Shown in pieces: positions 30,217 to 40,291 of a DNA stretch of 64,000 nt (position 1 is the stretch's first letter; each line of letters starts with the position of its first letter). Below the pieces are notes generated by a model. That model saw only the letters and a program-made list of their open reading frames with translations, was not told the origin of the DNA and did no database searches. The DNA comes from a virus: IMG/VR virus record IMGVR_UViG_3300027852_000040, positions 5,214 through 69,213 of that record; one strand, written 5' to 3'. Position numbers and translations under genes: made by a program.

Positions 30217-31563
30217 ATGGCACTAGAATTGCTAATTAAAATAAGTGATGAGATTGGTGAAACTGTAAAAAATTTAGATGAAGTTTCTGAGAAATTATCA
30301 GATTTAGAAGATAAGCAAGATGAACAAACAGAAAGTTCAGAAAAAAGTAATAAAAAGCAATCATTAGGATGGTTAGGTTTAGGATTAATTGCTGGTGCTA
30401 CAATATTAGGAATTGCTAAACATTCAGCAATTGCGTCATTGTATATGAATGATTTTAGTGACGCATTTGGGTACTTAATTGATGAAATCATAACTCCGGC
30501 TGAGCCATTACTACAAAAAGCATCTGATCTTTTGTGGGAATTAGGGGATAGGTTTGAAAAATTACCAGAACCAATTAAAAAGGTATCATCTGGATTGTTT
30601 TTAATTGGTGGTGGGGTTGGTGCTCTTGCTGCTGGATTTGCTGTATTAAAGGGTTTAGGTATAACTACATTATTTAGTGGAATGTCATCTGCAATTATGG
30701 GAATTCCTATGTCACTTACTACTGCTGTTACAGCTGTAGGTGCTGGAGCAGTGGCAATTGGTCTTGCTGTAGGATTGGCTGGGATGAAGGTAATAGATAT
30801 GGTTGGAGGTTTTGATAAAATTGGTAAGTGGGCGGATGATTTTGCCACAAAAAATCCTGTTGCTAAAGCGTTGATAGATGCAATATTAGATCCCATTGCT
30901 ACTACCGGTGTAATACTCTTAGATATTGTTAGGGGAGATTGGGATAAAATTCCTGAGCATATGGAGTATATGAATGAAAAACTGAAGGATAATTTAAATT
31001 TAATAAAAGATACAATTTATAATGGATTTACTAACATATTTAGAGACACGTTTGATAGTGTAACAAATTCATTAGCAGATTTAATCATAAGCACAGATAC
31101 ATACTTTAACGAATTATCAGATAACTTTAAAGATTGGGCTACAAATATGGTAGACTCATTCTTAGAAGGTATAAGTGATTTACCTATAAAATTATCAAAC
31201 TTCTTGCGAGACGGAATACACGAACATTTAAGTTGGTTACCAGAGTGGGCAAGTGGGGCGATTGGATTAAGTCCAACTTTAATACAAATTGGTGAAATGG
31301 TGCCACAATCTATACAGGAAGGTATAGAGTCTAGTCCATTGGATGTTAATCCAAAGGTTAATCAATCTAATATCAATAAATCAATGATTGATAACATAAA
31401 TGGTGGAGGAATGGGTAATGGAAACGGTAAGGAAGTTAATATTGAAATTAAACCAAATATTCATTTACATGATATGAAAGTATCTAATGATTTCGATATA
31501 AGTGATTTAGCTAATAAACTATCCAGTTATTGGAAAAATGATATTAGGAGGAGTGTTGGGTAA
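30217..31563 (+). CDS. Tape measure protein (short)
   Basis: Gly/Ala-rich hydrophobic helices, periodic W/F; follows chaperone. Confidence 0.8.
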   Translation: MALELLIKISDEIGETVKNLDEVSEKLSDLEDKQDEQTESSEKSNKKQSLGWLGLGLIAGATILGIAKHSAIASLYMNDFSDAFGYLIDEIITPAEPLLQKASDLLWELGDRFEKLPEPIKKVSSGLFLIGGGVGALAAGFAVLKGLGITTLFSGMSSAIMGIPMSLTTAVTAVGAGAVAIGLAVGLAGMKVIDMVGGFDKIGKWADDFATKNPVAKALIDAILDPIATTGVILLDIVRGDWDKIPEHMEYMNEKLKDNLNLIKDTIYNGFTNIFRDTFDSVTNSLADLIISTDTYFNELSDNFKDWATNMVDSFLEGISDLPIKLSNFLRDGIHEHLSWLPEWASGAIGLSPTLIQIGEMVPQSIQEGIESSPLDVNPKVNQSNINKSMIDNINGGGMGNGNGKEVNIEIKPNIHLHDMKVSNDFDISDLANKLSSYWKNDIRRSVG

Positions 31564-33932
31564 TGGGATATATATACACACTTGTTACATCTCCATCTGA
31601 TGATTCACTATCAATCTTTGATGTATCAACTCCAAGTTCACCAACATTAGAAGGTGTAATAAGTGGTAGTGGTTCACCAAATTATTTAAATGGTGTAAGA
31701 AATATAGATGTGGTTGGTAATTATGCATATGTTTCAGCTTATAATGATAATTCATTAACTATTATTGATATATCAGATCTATCCACACCAACCTTTGTTG
31801 GTAAAATTTCAGGTGCTGGAAGTCCAAATTATTTAAGTGGAATAATGGACGCTAAAGTAGTTGGAGATTATGCTTATACTGTATCTAATTTTGATAATTC
31901 ATTATCAATTTTTAATATATCAACTCCTAGTAATCCAACTTTAGTGGGTGAAATACATGGAGCTGGAAGTCCTAATTATTTAGATGGAGCGAGAAGTATA
32001 GAAATAGTTGGTAATTATGCATATGTTGCAGCTTTTAATGATAATTCTTTAACTATTATTAATATATCAAATCCAAGTTCACCAACCTTTGCTGGTAAAA
32101 TTTCAGGTATTGGAAGTCCAAATTATCTAGGTGGACCACAAGATGTAAGTATTGTTGGTGATTACGCTTATGTTGTATCTTATAATGATAATGCATTAAC
32201 TGTTATTAATATATCATCTCCTTCTACTCCATTACAAGTAGGTGAAATTGATGGTGCTGGTTATCCGAATTATTTAGGTGAAGCAAGAAGTATAGATGTA
32301 ATTGGTGATTATGCTTATATTACATCTAATCTTGATAATGCTTTAGTTATCTTTGATATATCATCTCCCACTACACCAACACTTAAAGGATCAATAGATG
32401 GTGCGGGAAGTCCGAATTATTTAAGTGGTGCACAGGGAGCAAAGGTTGTTGGTAATTATGCATATGTTGCATCTTATGTTGATGATGCATTAACTATCTT
32501 TAATATATCAAATCCTTTTAATATAACACATGTTGGTGAAATTTATGGATATGGTAGTCCTAATTATTTAAATGGTGCTCATGATTTATTTACAATAGTA
32601 TATGGTAAACCATCAACTTTTCAATATCTCACAATGAATCCAGATCCAGCTAAGGTTACACAAGAAGTAGATTTTGAAACTAAATTATGGGATGATATTG
32701 ATGATATTGCTATAGCTAATGTAGCTGTAAATTTATATGATGGATTAGTAGTAATAGGTACAGCAATTACTAATGCATCTGGTATTGCAACATTTAGTTC
32801 ACTTTCATTTACTGAATTATCTAAAACATTAAAGGTATACTTTTCTGGTAATGATACATATTCTAGTAATACGTTAGAAGATACTTTTACATTTAATAAA
32901 TGTGATACTATTTTATCAAATTTTATAATAAATCCAGATGAAACTTATGTGGGTGAAACTATAAATTTCTCATCTACACTTAATACAGAATTTGGTGAAG
33001 CGATTATTGGTAAAACTGTTAGATTATATAATATAACATTGGCATCAGATTTGGATACAGATTTAACAGATGTTAATGGTAGAATGAGTATTGATAAAAC
33101 TTTTACGTATGAATTAATAAATGTATTTAAATGTATATTCGATAATACATCTATATACAATACATCTGAGAGTGATGAAAAGGTTTTAGTAATATCATCC
33201 GTTGCAGGTGTTAATATGACACTTGGTGTAAATACTAATACTGTAGAAGTATTAGAACCAGTAGAATGTACAGTAAGATTATGGAGAGGTGATACGGGTG
33301 ACCCATTATCAAATAAATATATTGAGCTTAAAGATAATAGTACTGGAGTAGTATATGGTTCTGGATATACTGATTCCAGTGGTTATTTGTGTAGATATAT
33401 ACAATTTGAGATACCAGTTGTATATAATATAGTAGCATATTGGTCAGGAGATGGTTGGTCTGATCCTGTTACATCAACTAAAGTAGTAATAACGGTTAGA
33501 GATCCAATTGATCCTGGTGCTGAAGCAACACCGGAGGATTACATTTACATTTCTAAAACTGGAGGCGTTGATAAAATTTATCTAATAGTAGATAATGTAA
33601 TAGAAAACATTGTTAGGGAACCTTATGTAATAGATCCAGCAAATAAGAATCAGTCTAAGATTAGAGATAAAGGTAAATGTAAATTAAGATTTGCTATATC
33701 AGGATGGGTATTAAGTGACACATATAAGGATGAATTGGAGACTGCTGTAAAAACATGGTACTCAGAAGAGAGTGGCAATGGGCCGATTTTGTTAAATCTT
33801 CCTAGTCAAAATATTTATACTTGTGTGGCATCATATTTAGATATTAATGAATTACCTGATAGAGAAGGTAGATATGAGTATTTATTAGAATTATTGGAAG
33901 GAAGGATTACTGTGGGTGCGGAAGATGACTAA
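31563..33932 (+). CDS. LVIVD-repeat beta-propeller + Ig-like domains + distal-tail-like C-terminus (adhesin)
   Basis: About seven 49-aa repeats with GNYAYV...LTIxDISxP; C-terminal region similar to next ORF (IRDKGK vs IDRGR). Confidence 0.75.
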   Translation: MGYIYTLVTSPSDDSLSIFDVSTPSSPTLEGVISGSGSPNYLNGVRNIDVVGNYAYVSAYNDNSLTIIDISDLSTPTFVGKISGAGSPNYLSGIMDAKVVGDYAYTVSNFDNSLSIFNISTPSNPTLVGEIHGAGSPNYLDGARSIEIVGNYAYVAAFNDNSLTIINISNPSSPTFAGKISGIGSPNYLGGPQDVSIVGDYAYVVSYNDNALTVINISSPSTPLQVGEIDGAGYPNYLGEARSIDVIGDYAYITSNLDNALVIFDISSPTTPTLKGSIDGAGSPNYLSGAQGAKVVGNYAYVASYVDDALTIFNISNPFNITHVGEIYGYGSPNYLNGAHDLFTIVYGKPSTFQYLTMNPDPAKVTQEVDFETKLWDDIDDIAIANVAVNLYDGLVVIGTAITNASGIATFSSLSFTELSKTLKVYFSGNDTYSSNTLEDTFTFNKCDTILSNFIINPDETYVGETINFSSTLNTEFGEAIIGKTVRLYNITLASDLDTDLTDVNGRMSIDKTFTYELINVFKCIFDNTSIYNTSESDEKVLVISSVAGVNMTLGVNTNTVEVLEPVECTVRLWRGDTGDPLSNKYIELKDNSTGVVYGSGYTDSSGYLCRYIQFEIPVVYNIVAYWSGDGWSDPVTSTKVVITVRDPIDPGAEATPEDYIYISKTGGVDKIYLIVDNVIENIVREPYVIDPANKNQSKIRDKGKCKLRFAISGWVLSDTYKDELETAVKTWYSEESGNGPILLNLPSQNIYTCVASYLDINELPDREGRYEYLLELLEGRITVGAEDD

Positions 33933-34299
33933 AATAGGTTTTAAGAATAATGATACATCTGTAATATATTATTTTAATGTTGAATCATTTAAGAAAACAG
34001 TAAATAAAGGAGGACGTCTACAAACTCCACGTCCAGGTCATACTCAATCAAAATTAATAGATAGAGGTAGAGTAAAGGAAAAAATTATATTAAGAGGTTC
34101 TATTAGTAGTTTTAGTGATAAGAATACATTTGAGCAAATGTGTACAACTTGGTGGGAAAATGGTGGATATGTGACTATTATAAAAGGAACTTATTCGTGG
34201 GATGGTGTTGTTACTAATGCAACTATTAATTGGGATGTTGGTCAATGGGAATATTTTGATTGGAATGTAACATTTGAAGTTGGTGAGGTGTCAACATAA
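33916..34299 (+). CDS. Putative distal tail protein
   Basis: Position after TMP; beta-rich. Confidence 0.5.
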   Translation: MRKMTKIGFKNNDTSVIYYFNVESFKKTVNKGGRLQTPRPGHTQSKLIDRGRVKEKIILRGSISSFSDKNTFEQMCTTWWENGGYVTIIKGTYSWDGVVTNATINWDVGQWEYFDWNVTFEVGEVST

Positions 34300-35528
34300 T
34301 GTCTAGTAGTGGATATAACTTTTACATAGAAGGTAATTATGTAGATGCTATGGATATTAAAATATCAATTAAGCGTAATCAATCTTCACGTTTAGAATGT
34401 AATATTTATAATCCAGAAAGTGCTATAATTAGCTTATTAGTTGAAAATAGTAGAGTATTATGTAAAGATTCACTTGGAAATAGTATATTTGGTGGTTATA
34501 TTAAAGATTCACTTGATTCAGATAATGATAATGTATATGAAATTGTTGCATTTGATGGTAGTAAAATGTTAATGGATAGGATTCAAGAAAATAAGACATC
34601 ATATAGCGGTATAAATCCATCTACTATTGTAACTGATATAAATGATAGCATATTAACACTTGGTACAATTAATAGTGGAGAAGTTATAACTATTGATTTA
34701 CAAAATATTACTAAATTAGAAAATATTGCGCGTATAACTGATATTTGTGGTTATTATTGGTATGTAACATTTACTACTAGTGGTGGGAATGTGCCAACTA
34801 ATTTCACTCTTAATTTTACTGAAAGTAAAGGATCTGTTATAGCTGATACCTTAGTGTTAAATTCAAATATATTTAATTCCAAATCTGGTAAAAGTGAAGT
34901 TGCTAATTCAGTAGTAGCTTTGGGAAAAGAAACTGCCGGAATAAAGATAAAAAGTAAACAATATTTTGCAACAAATGTGTATACATATCTAACTTCTGAT
35001 TTAGCATCATATGATTCAGTAGTTTATGTAAATGATACTGTTAATTTTCCAAATAGTGGTACACTAAGAATTGGTATAGAAGAAATGACATTTACTAAAA
35101 CTGGAGGAACTACTTTTAGTGTAAGTAGATCTGTACCATATTCACATTCAAATGGAATTTATGTATTTGATGGACAATATACTCCAAGTAGTCCACAATT
35201 TGGATCATCAATAGCTGAATTTGGGATATTAGAAACGTTTATTGAAGATACTGATATAACATTACAGGATTCATTAGATGCATTATCGTTAAATACACTA
35301 TTATCATCTTATACTCAAAATGATTATATGAAATTTGAACGTCTCATTAGTGTAGATCAATACGTAATTGGTGATACTTTAACAATTTGGGACGAAGATG
35401 AGGTAAGTAGTATAGAACAGGAAGTTAAATCTGTACTATATATGTCAGAATTTGATATAGTAATGTATGAAGTGGGATATTTACCTGATCAATTTCACCA
35501 AATTAGAATTAGAAAGGAAGTGAATTAA
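34299..35528 (+). CDS. Baseplate hub/tail tip protein
   Basis: IFGGYI, VANSVVALG, SIAEFGILE patterns; position. Confidence 0.65.
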   Translation: MSSSGYNFYIEGNYVDAMDIKISIKRNQSSRLECNIYNPESAIISLLVENSRVLCKDSLGNSIFGGYIKDSLDSDNDNVYEIVAFDGSKMLMDRIQENKTSYSGINPSTIVTDINDSILTLGTINSGEVITIDLQNITKLENIARITDICGYYWYVTFTTSGGNVPTNFTLNFTESKGSVIADTLVLNSNIFNSKSGKSEVANSVVALGKETAGIKIKSKQYFATNVYTYLTSDLASYDSVVYVNDTVNFPNSGTLRIGIEEMTFTKTGGTTFSVSRSVPYSHSNGIYVFDGQYTPSSPQFGSSIAEFGILETFIEDTDITLQDSLDALSLNTLLSSYTQNDYMKFERLISVDQYVIGDTLTIWDEDEVSSIEQEVKSVLYMSEFDIVMYEVGYLPDQFHQIRIRKEVN

Positions 35529-35529
35529 A

Positions 35530-35790
35530 GTGTTAAAGTCAAATGGAATAAATAAAAATGAATTTTTATCCACATATGCTGAAATTCATTCATTTATAAT
35601 AGGAATTGCACATGGATTAGCTATTATTTGTAAAATTAAAGACTTAGAACGTATAAATATGTGGAATGATGAAGTTAAAGGTGAATATCATTACTCGTGT
35701 GGAGGATTTATATTGGGACATATAATTGAATATATATTAGTATCAATATTTATTGGTATGATATTTAAAGAATTGGGTGGATTGTTATAA
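35530..35790 (+). CDS. Small membrane protein
   Basis: Two hydrophobic segments. Confidence 0.5.
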   Translation: MLKSNGINKNEFLSTYAEIHSFIIGIAHGLAIICKIKDLERINMWNDEVKGEYHYSCGGFILGHIIEYILVSIFIGMIFKELGGLL

Positions 35791-36276
35791 ATGATTTCAT
35801 ATGAATCTAATATAAAAGAATTAATTGATAAATATAGTAAATTTAAGGAACAAATGATCGATGATATCCTTGATATATTAACTGATGGTCTTGATAAATG
35901 GGCCGAAGTGTGTGCAGATATTATATCAAAGGAATGTACAAATGAGGGAAATTTATTGTCATCCATTTATACTGATCCACGAGATAAATATAATCAACGA
36001 GGGGAAATTCAATCAGATTATGCTGAATACGTTAATTATTCAACTGGTCCACACTTTCCACCAGTTAATGTAATTAAAGATTGGGCACATCTTAGATTAG
36101 GGATAACAGATCCTAAGGAATTAGATAAAGTAGCTTGGTCAATATGTAGAAAGATTTCAATAAGTGGAACTAAAGGACATTACTTTTTCGAATCAGGTGT
36201 AATTGAAGCAGAAAATGTAATAGTAAGAAAAATTAAAGAATTGGAGAATAAGTACAATGAAGACTATGAAGAATGA
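35791..36276 (+). CDS. HK97 gp10-like tail completion protein
   Basis: GNLLSSI, YAEYVNYSTGPHFPP, GTKGHYF. Confidence 0.75.
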   Translation: MISYESNIKELIDKYSKFKEQMIDDILDILTDGLDKWAEVCADIISKECTNEGNLLSSIYTDPRDKYNQRGEIQSDYAEYVNYSTGPHFPPVNVIKDWAHLRLGITDPKELDKVAWSICRKISISGTKGHYFFESGVIEAENVIVRKIKELENKYNEDYEE

Positions 36277-36375
36277 AAATAAGAATGATGATAAAAATGG
36301 TAAATTTGATAGTAAAATAATTGGTCATCAGATAACATATGTTGTAAATACCATTCGTGAATCAATGGATAAATA

Positions 36376-36567
36376 ATGAGTGATATTGATAATGATAATA
36401 ACGTTAATTATATAGAGGATATAACTAGAATTCTCATGCAAATAATCGTAACTATCGTTATATTAGGAATATCATCTTATATTTTAATTAATGGACAATA
36501 TTCAGATGATATAACCAAGTGGTGCACATTTGCAATTGGTGCTATATTAGGATATTGGGTTAGATGA
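36376..36567 (+). CDS. Small two-TM membrane protein (holin-like)
   Basis: Two hydrophobic helices, ends GAILGYW. Confidence 0.5.
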   Translation: MSDIDNDNNVNYIEDITRILMQIIVTIVILGISSYILINGQYSDDITKWCTFAIGAILGYWVR

Positions 36568-36591
36568 GTGATGTAATTATATCTAACACTA

Positions 36592-37227
36592 TTACACTTT
36601 CTCAATTTTATCACTACTAACTTTATACATAACAGTAGTACTCATATTTACATCAATTGAATTTTTTAAGTCCATTATTAATTCTATTATAGTTGAATTA
36701 TGATATACATTATCTGGTGATATTACTACAATATATTCATCTACATACATTGTCTTAAGTTGAACAATATTATCATTAATCCATTTTTCCATTTCAATGC
36801 TTGGTGTATTCATGGATAGAATTTCGATATACTTTAGTTCTAAATTCATTAAACTTGTATGATAATCCGCCGCTAACCCCAAATTTAACAATTCTCTATT
36901 TATACTCTTTACTTCTTCTAAATTAGTATTCTTCCTTTTACCAGTTAAGTTACCATTACCAACTCTCACTTCAGTTGTATTCCATTTTTCATCTTTATAA
37001 TCAACGTAATATTTTCTATTATATATACGTTGAGCGATTTTAGCACATTCATCTTTACAATATTTATGTTTACCAGTTGGTAATATTTCTCCACATATTG
37101 CACAATGACTCCACAATTTTACTTTCCCACTACAAAATTTACATAAAACTCTTTCTCTCTTAGTAAGTGGTTCACCACATTTACAATATAAGCCATTATA
37201 TGTATTACTATCTTCCATTGTTATCAT
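36592..37227 (-). CDS. Multi-zinc-finger protein
   Basis: CKCG...CKFC...CAICG...YCKDEC. Confidence 0.6.
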   Translation of the reverse strand: MITMEDSNTYNGLYCKCGEPLTKRERVLCKFCSGKVKLWSHCAICGEILPTGKHKYCKDECAKIAQRIYNRKYYVDYKDEKWNTTEVRVGNGNLTGKRKNTNLEEVKSINRELLNLGLAADYHTSLMNLELKYIEILSMNTPSIEMEKWINDNIVQLKTMYVDEYIVVISPDNVYHNSTIIELIMDLKNSIDVNMSTTVMYKVSSDKIEKV

Positions 37228-37228
37228 T

Positions 37229-37657
37229 TTACACCATAAGATTTCTAATTTCTTCTAATATGATTAAAAATTTACCACGCATTTTTATATTATTATAATA
37301 ATGTGAAGTAATATATAAGCAAGCATTTATCACATTATCAGTATACATGGATGGAATCATTATATCTAACATCTCCCTACCAATCTTCATCTTAATCCAT
37401 AACTCATCACTTTTTCCTCTACTTGATTGAATATTAGGATAAGGTTTAGTGGTATATTCTTCTACTAATTTTAATGCCTTTACTTTATCTATCTTACCAT
37501 TATTATAACAACTTCTAGTAATCATTTGTCTTAATTGAATAGATGAAGTAGACCTACCTGATCTATTAAGTGATGCTATAGCTTTTCGAATTACTATATC
37601 AAATTCATCTGTTTCATTAATGACGAATTTCACGTCATCTTTGTATTTTTTTTTCAT
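37229..37657 (-). CDS. Hypothetical basic protein
   Basis: ORF with GGAGG upstream. Confidence 0.55.
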   Translation of the reverse strand: MKKKYKDDVKFVINETDEFDIVIRKAIASLNRSGRSTSSIQLRQMITRSCYNNGKIDKVKALKLVEEYTTKPYPNIQSSRGKSDELWIKMKIGREMLDIMIPSMYTDNVINACLYITSHYYNNIKMRGKFLIILEEIRNLMV

Positions 37658-37662
37658 ATCTA

Positions 37663-37824
37663 TTAATCCTCCAACTCATCTGGTATAAGACATTCTACAT
37701 CAAAGTAATACTTATTAAACATCTTCGGACATTCATCACTCCTACCAGCACATTTAAGTTCATCTACTCCACCAACATCTCTATATATATGTATAACACA
37801 CTTATTACATTTTAATTTCATCAT
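37663..37824 (-). CDS. Cys-rich 53-aa microprotein A (not in ORF track)
   Basis: MMKLKCNKCV...CAGRSDECPK...FDVECL; paralog of 38150-38308. Confidence 0.7.
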   Translation of the reverse strand: MMKLKCNKCVIHIYRDVGGVDELKCAGRSDECPKMFNKYYFDVECLIPDELED

Positions 37825-37840
37825 ATTAACTAACCTCTAT

Positions 37841-38026
37841 TTATCCACTCAATTCTATCCTATAAACTATTGGCTCTAACCAAGATATTAACACATGACA
37901 TTCATCTACTACCTTAGTTTCTATATTTATACTATTTTTTGGAATAGTTACAACTTCACTAGTTTCACAAACAGTCATCTTTACTATATATTTATTACTT
38001 GTTTCAGGATTATTACACTTTTCCAT
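37841..38026 (-). CDS. Hypothetical protein
   Basis: AAGGAG RBS downstream of leftward promoter repeat. Confidence 0.6.
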   Translation of the reverse strand: MEKCNNPETSNKYIVKMTVCETSEVVTIPKNSINIETKVVDECHVLISWLEPIVYRIELSG

Positions 38027-38054
38027 TTCTACATTCTCCTTGAATTTTATTTTT

Positions 38055-38131
38055 ATTATATATAATATATATACAATTAATCATACATTAATCTTTTGGT
38101 GAATACACTACATCCTTGAAATGTATATTGA
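38055..38131. promoter_or_regulatory. Bidirectional promoter unit, copy 1 (leftward repeat + rightward TCCTTGA motif)
   Basis: Near-duplicate of 38332-38408. Confidence 0.65.
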
Positions 38132-38149
38132 ATTCACTATTAGAAATGT

Positions 38150-38308
38150 TTAACAAAATTCTACTGGTTCAAGACAATCTACATCAAAGCAACATAAATT
38201 TACATCTTTCGGACATTCATCCTTTCTACCAACACAACGAATTTCATCCTCCTTTCCAAATCCTCTAATTACACACACAACACATTTTTCATTTTTTAAT
38301 TTCATCAT
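38150..38308 (-). CDS. Cys-rich 52-aa microprotein B (not in ORF track)
   Basis: MMKLKNEKCV...CVGRKDECPK...FDVDCL. Confidence 0.7.
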   Translation of the reverse strand: MMKLKNEKCVVCVIRGFGKEDEIRCVGRKDECPKDVNLCCFDVDCLEPVEFC

Positions 38309-38331
38309 TACACACATCCTTTTAATTTTTT

Positions 38332-38408
38332 ATTATATAATATATATATACAATTAATCGCATATCAATCTTTTGGTGAATACACTACATCCTTGAATTA
38401 TATATCGA
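38332..38408. promoter_or_regulatory. Bidirectional promoter unit, copy 2, at strand switch
   Basis: Leftward CACCAAAAGATTGA...TATA repeat abutting rightward TCCTTGAATTATATATCGA. Confidence 0.7.
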
Positions 38409-38431
38409 ATACATAATGGAGGACAAATAAT

Positions 38432-38977
38432 ATGCCAGATTTTCCATCGTCAACGGCTTCAAAAGCCACAATAAAAGATGCAATGACTGAACAAGGTTAC
38501 ACCGATACTAGGGCGGGTAACATTGATAATATAGATGCTGCGGTATCAACTAGAGCTGCACCCACTGATATTCTATTAGATATTGGTGAAAAGGTAGATG
38601 GTGCTAAGACTGGAGAAATTTTAACACTAGAAACGCCAGTAGAGGGTGTTGCTGAATTTTTAGCAGCTGACACATATCCAAAAACTGTTATACTTGCAAC
38701 AAAAGAGATTGGTAAACCATTTTACCTAAATTCATTGATAGATTTAACAGAATTAGTTGGTACAAATGAAGTAACAGTAAAAGAATCTGCTAAATTAACT
38801 AGTGGTGGATCATATGTTGAATATGCTTCAGCCGATTATGAAGGACCACAGGGAGAACCATTGCTAAAAGTTATTTCAATGGAAGCAATTCATGGAATAC
38901 AATTAGAATTAACAATGGATGCTGCACCATCAGTTGATACTGATATAGAATTTAATGTCTTTGTTGGTAAGAAGTAG
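38432..38977 (+). CDS. Putative structural protein
   Basis: Acidic beta-rich; EGV..FL..DTYPKT shared with next ORF. Confidence 0.5.
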   Translation: MPDFPSSTASKATIKDAMTEQGYTDTRAGNIDNIDAAVSTRAAPTDILLDIGEKVDGAKTGEILTLETPVEGVAEFLAADTYPKTVILATKEIGKPFYLNSLIDLTELVGTNEVTVKESAKLTSGGSYVEYASADYEGPQGEPLLKVISMEAIHGIQLELTMDAAPSVDTDIEFNVFVGKK

Positions 38978-38989
38978 TATTAGTAATAG

Positions 38990-39382
38990 ATGAGTAAAAT
39001 TAGTTGGGAGGGTGTTATTAGCTTTTTAGTTAATGACACTTATCCCAAAACTATAAGTATTGAACATACTGATAGTAGTATGTTTCAATTTATTGGATTA
39101 TTAGATATTAGTGATTTATCCATAAAAGATGAAATTATACTACATGAATATATAAAAGTACTTACAACATCTAAATGGAAATATAGTCAAATTGAGACAT
39201 ATTCAATTAATTTAGGTGAAATAATTACAATTAAAACAGCATATGGTTGGAATGGATTACGTTTAACTGTAACTATGCCTAATAAACCATTAGAAGATAA
39301 ATTTGTACCATGTCACATTTGGACAGTTACAGATGAGATTAATGATAAAGGTGAAGATTATGCCAGACTATCCCCCGAATAA
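38990..39382 (+). CDS. Paralog of C-terminal domain of 38432 protein
   Basis: WEGVISFLVNDTYPKT vs VEGVAEFLAADTYPKT. Confidence 0.55.
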   Translation: MSKISWEGVISFLVNDTYPKTISIEHTDSSMFQFIGLLDISDLSIKDEIILHEYIKVLTTSKWKYSQIETYSINLGEIITIKTAYGWNGLRLTVTMPNKPLEDKFVPCHIWTVTDEINDKGEDYARLSPE

Positions 39383-39492
39383 TTCTAATACAATTGTTAA
39401 TGAAGATGATATTGTTAAAATAATTGGTCAATTTATTCATTCTAAATCACCATATGTGGCTGATAATGATGATAGTGAGGAATAAATAGTAC

Positions 39493-39804
39493 ATGTGGGA
39501 TGCAAATTTACTATCAACTGATAAAGGAAAAGCTGATCCATTATTAGCAAGTAGAGTAGATGGTATGATACGTACAATGAATACTTTTAATGTTTTATTT
39601 CCAAATTATGATAGTAGTTATAATGTTAATTTAAATAACGTTAAAACTATTGAAACTGTTATCATATTTCCAATTAATGTAGATAATGGTGATACTATTT
39701 CCTATACATTTTTAAATAATATTTTAACATTAAATCGTTCAAATCCAATTACTCAAGATATGAATGTTAGAATAGTTGTATATGGATATACTACTGCATA
39801 TTAG
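39493..39804 (+). CDS. Hypothetical protein
   Basis: ORF with GAGG upstream. Confidence 0.5.
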   Translation: MWDANLLSTDKGKADPLLASRVDGMIRTMNTFNVLFPNYDSSYNVNLNNVKTIETVIIFPINVDNGDTISYTFLNNILTLNRSNPITQDMNVRIVVYGYTTAY

Positions 39805-39908
39805 AGTATTAAAAAACAATGAAATACGGTTAAATAAGTGGAGAAATTGTTAGAGTTATAATTTAATATTGACAAATAATAGACAATTAAAAAGAAGGTT
39901 ATAAGAAA

Positions 39909-40280
39909 ATGTCAAAAGGTAAAGGTTCAAAAGGTAATAAGAATAGTAGTGGAAATATTAGTGATGATGAACGTAGAAGATTTATGAAAGATTTAGAAGA
40001 TGTGGAGAAAGAACTCAAAAGATTATTCGATACATCAATAGACACAAAGGAAAAGTCAAATTTAGCAGAAATATTAAGACGAGTAATTTCAGAAATAATT
40101 AAGGCACCTGAGCCAACAACATCTACTAAAAAGTTCATACTACAATTAAAGGATGATTATTTGGGTAACACAGATGAGCATAAAATTGAAATGACTGAAG
40201 TTAAATGTATAGTGGATAGAAGTGAAGATGATGTTAATAGTAATAAGCAAATAGTAAAAGATTCAACTTTAGATGAATAG
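39909..40280 (+). CDS. Putative terminase small subunit
   Basis: Position directly upstream of TerL only. Confidence 0.35.
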   Translation: MSKGKGSKGNKNSSGNISDDERRRFMKDLEDVEKELKRLFDTSIDTKEKSNLAEILRRVISEIIKAPEPTTSTKKFILQLKDDYLGNTDEHKIEMTEVKCIVDRSEDDVNSNKQIVKDSTLDE

Positions 40281-40291
40281 GAAGATCATAA

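Noticed and set aside
30198-30896. Long antisense ORFs (also 17159-17656, 40918-41358, 56587-57087, 62395-62991 and similar)
   Set aside because: Shadows of well-supported genes on the opposite strand; no motifs
36592-37657. Possible split TFB-like factor (Zn fingers; INACLYI)
   Set aside because: Only short, weak resemblance; cannot be supported without profile searches
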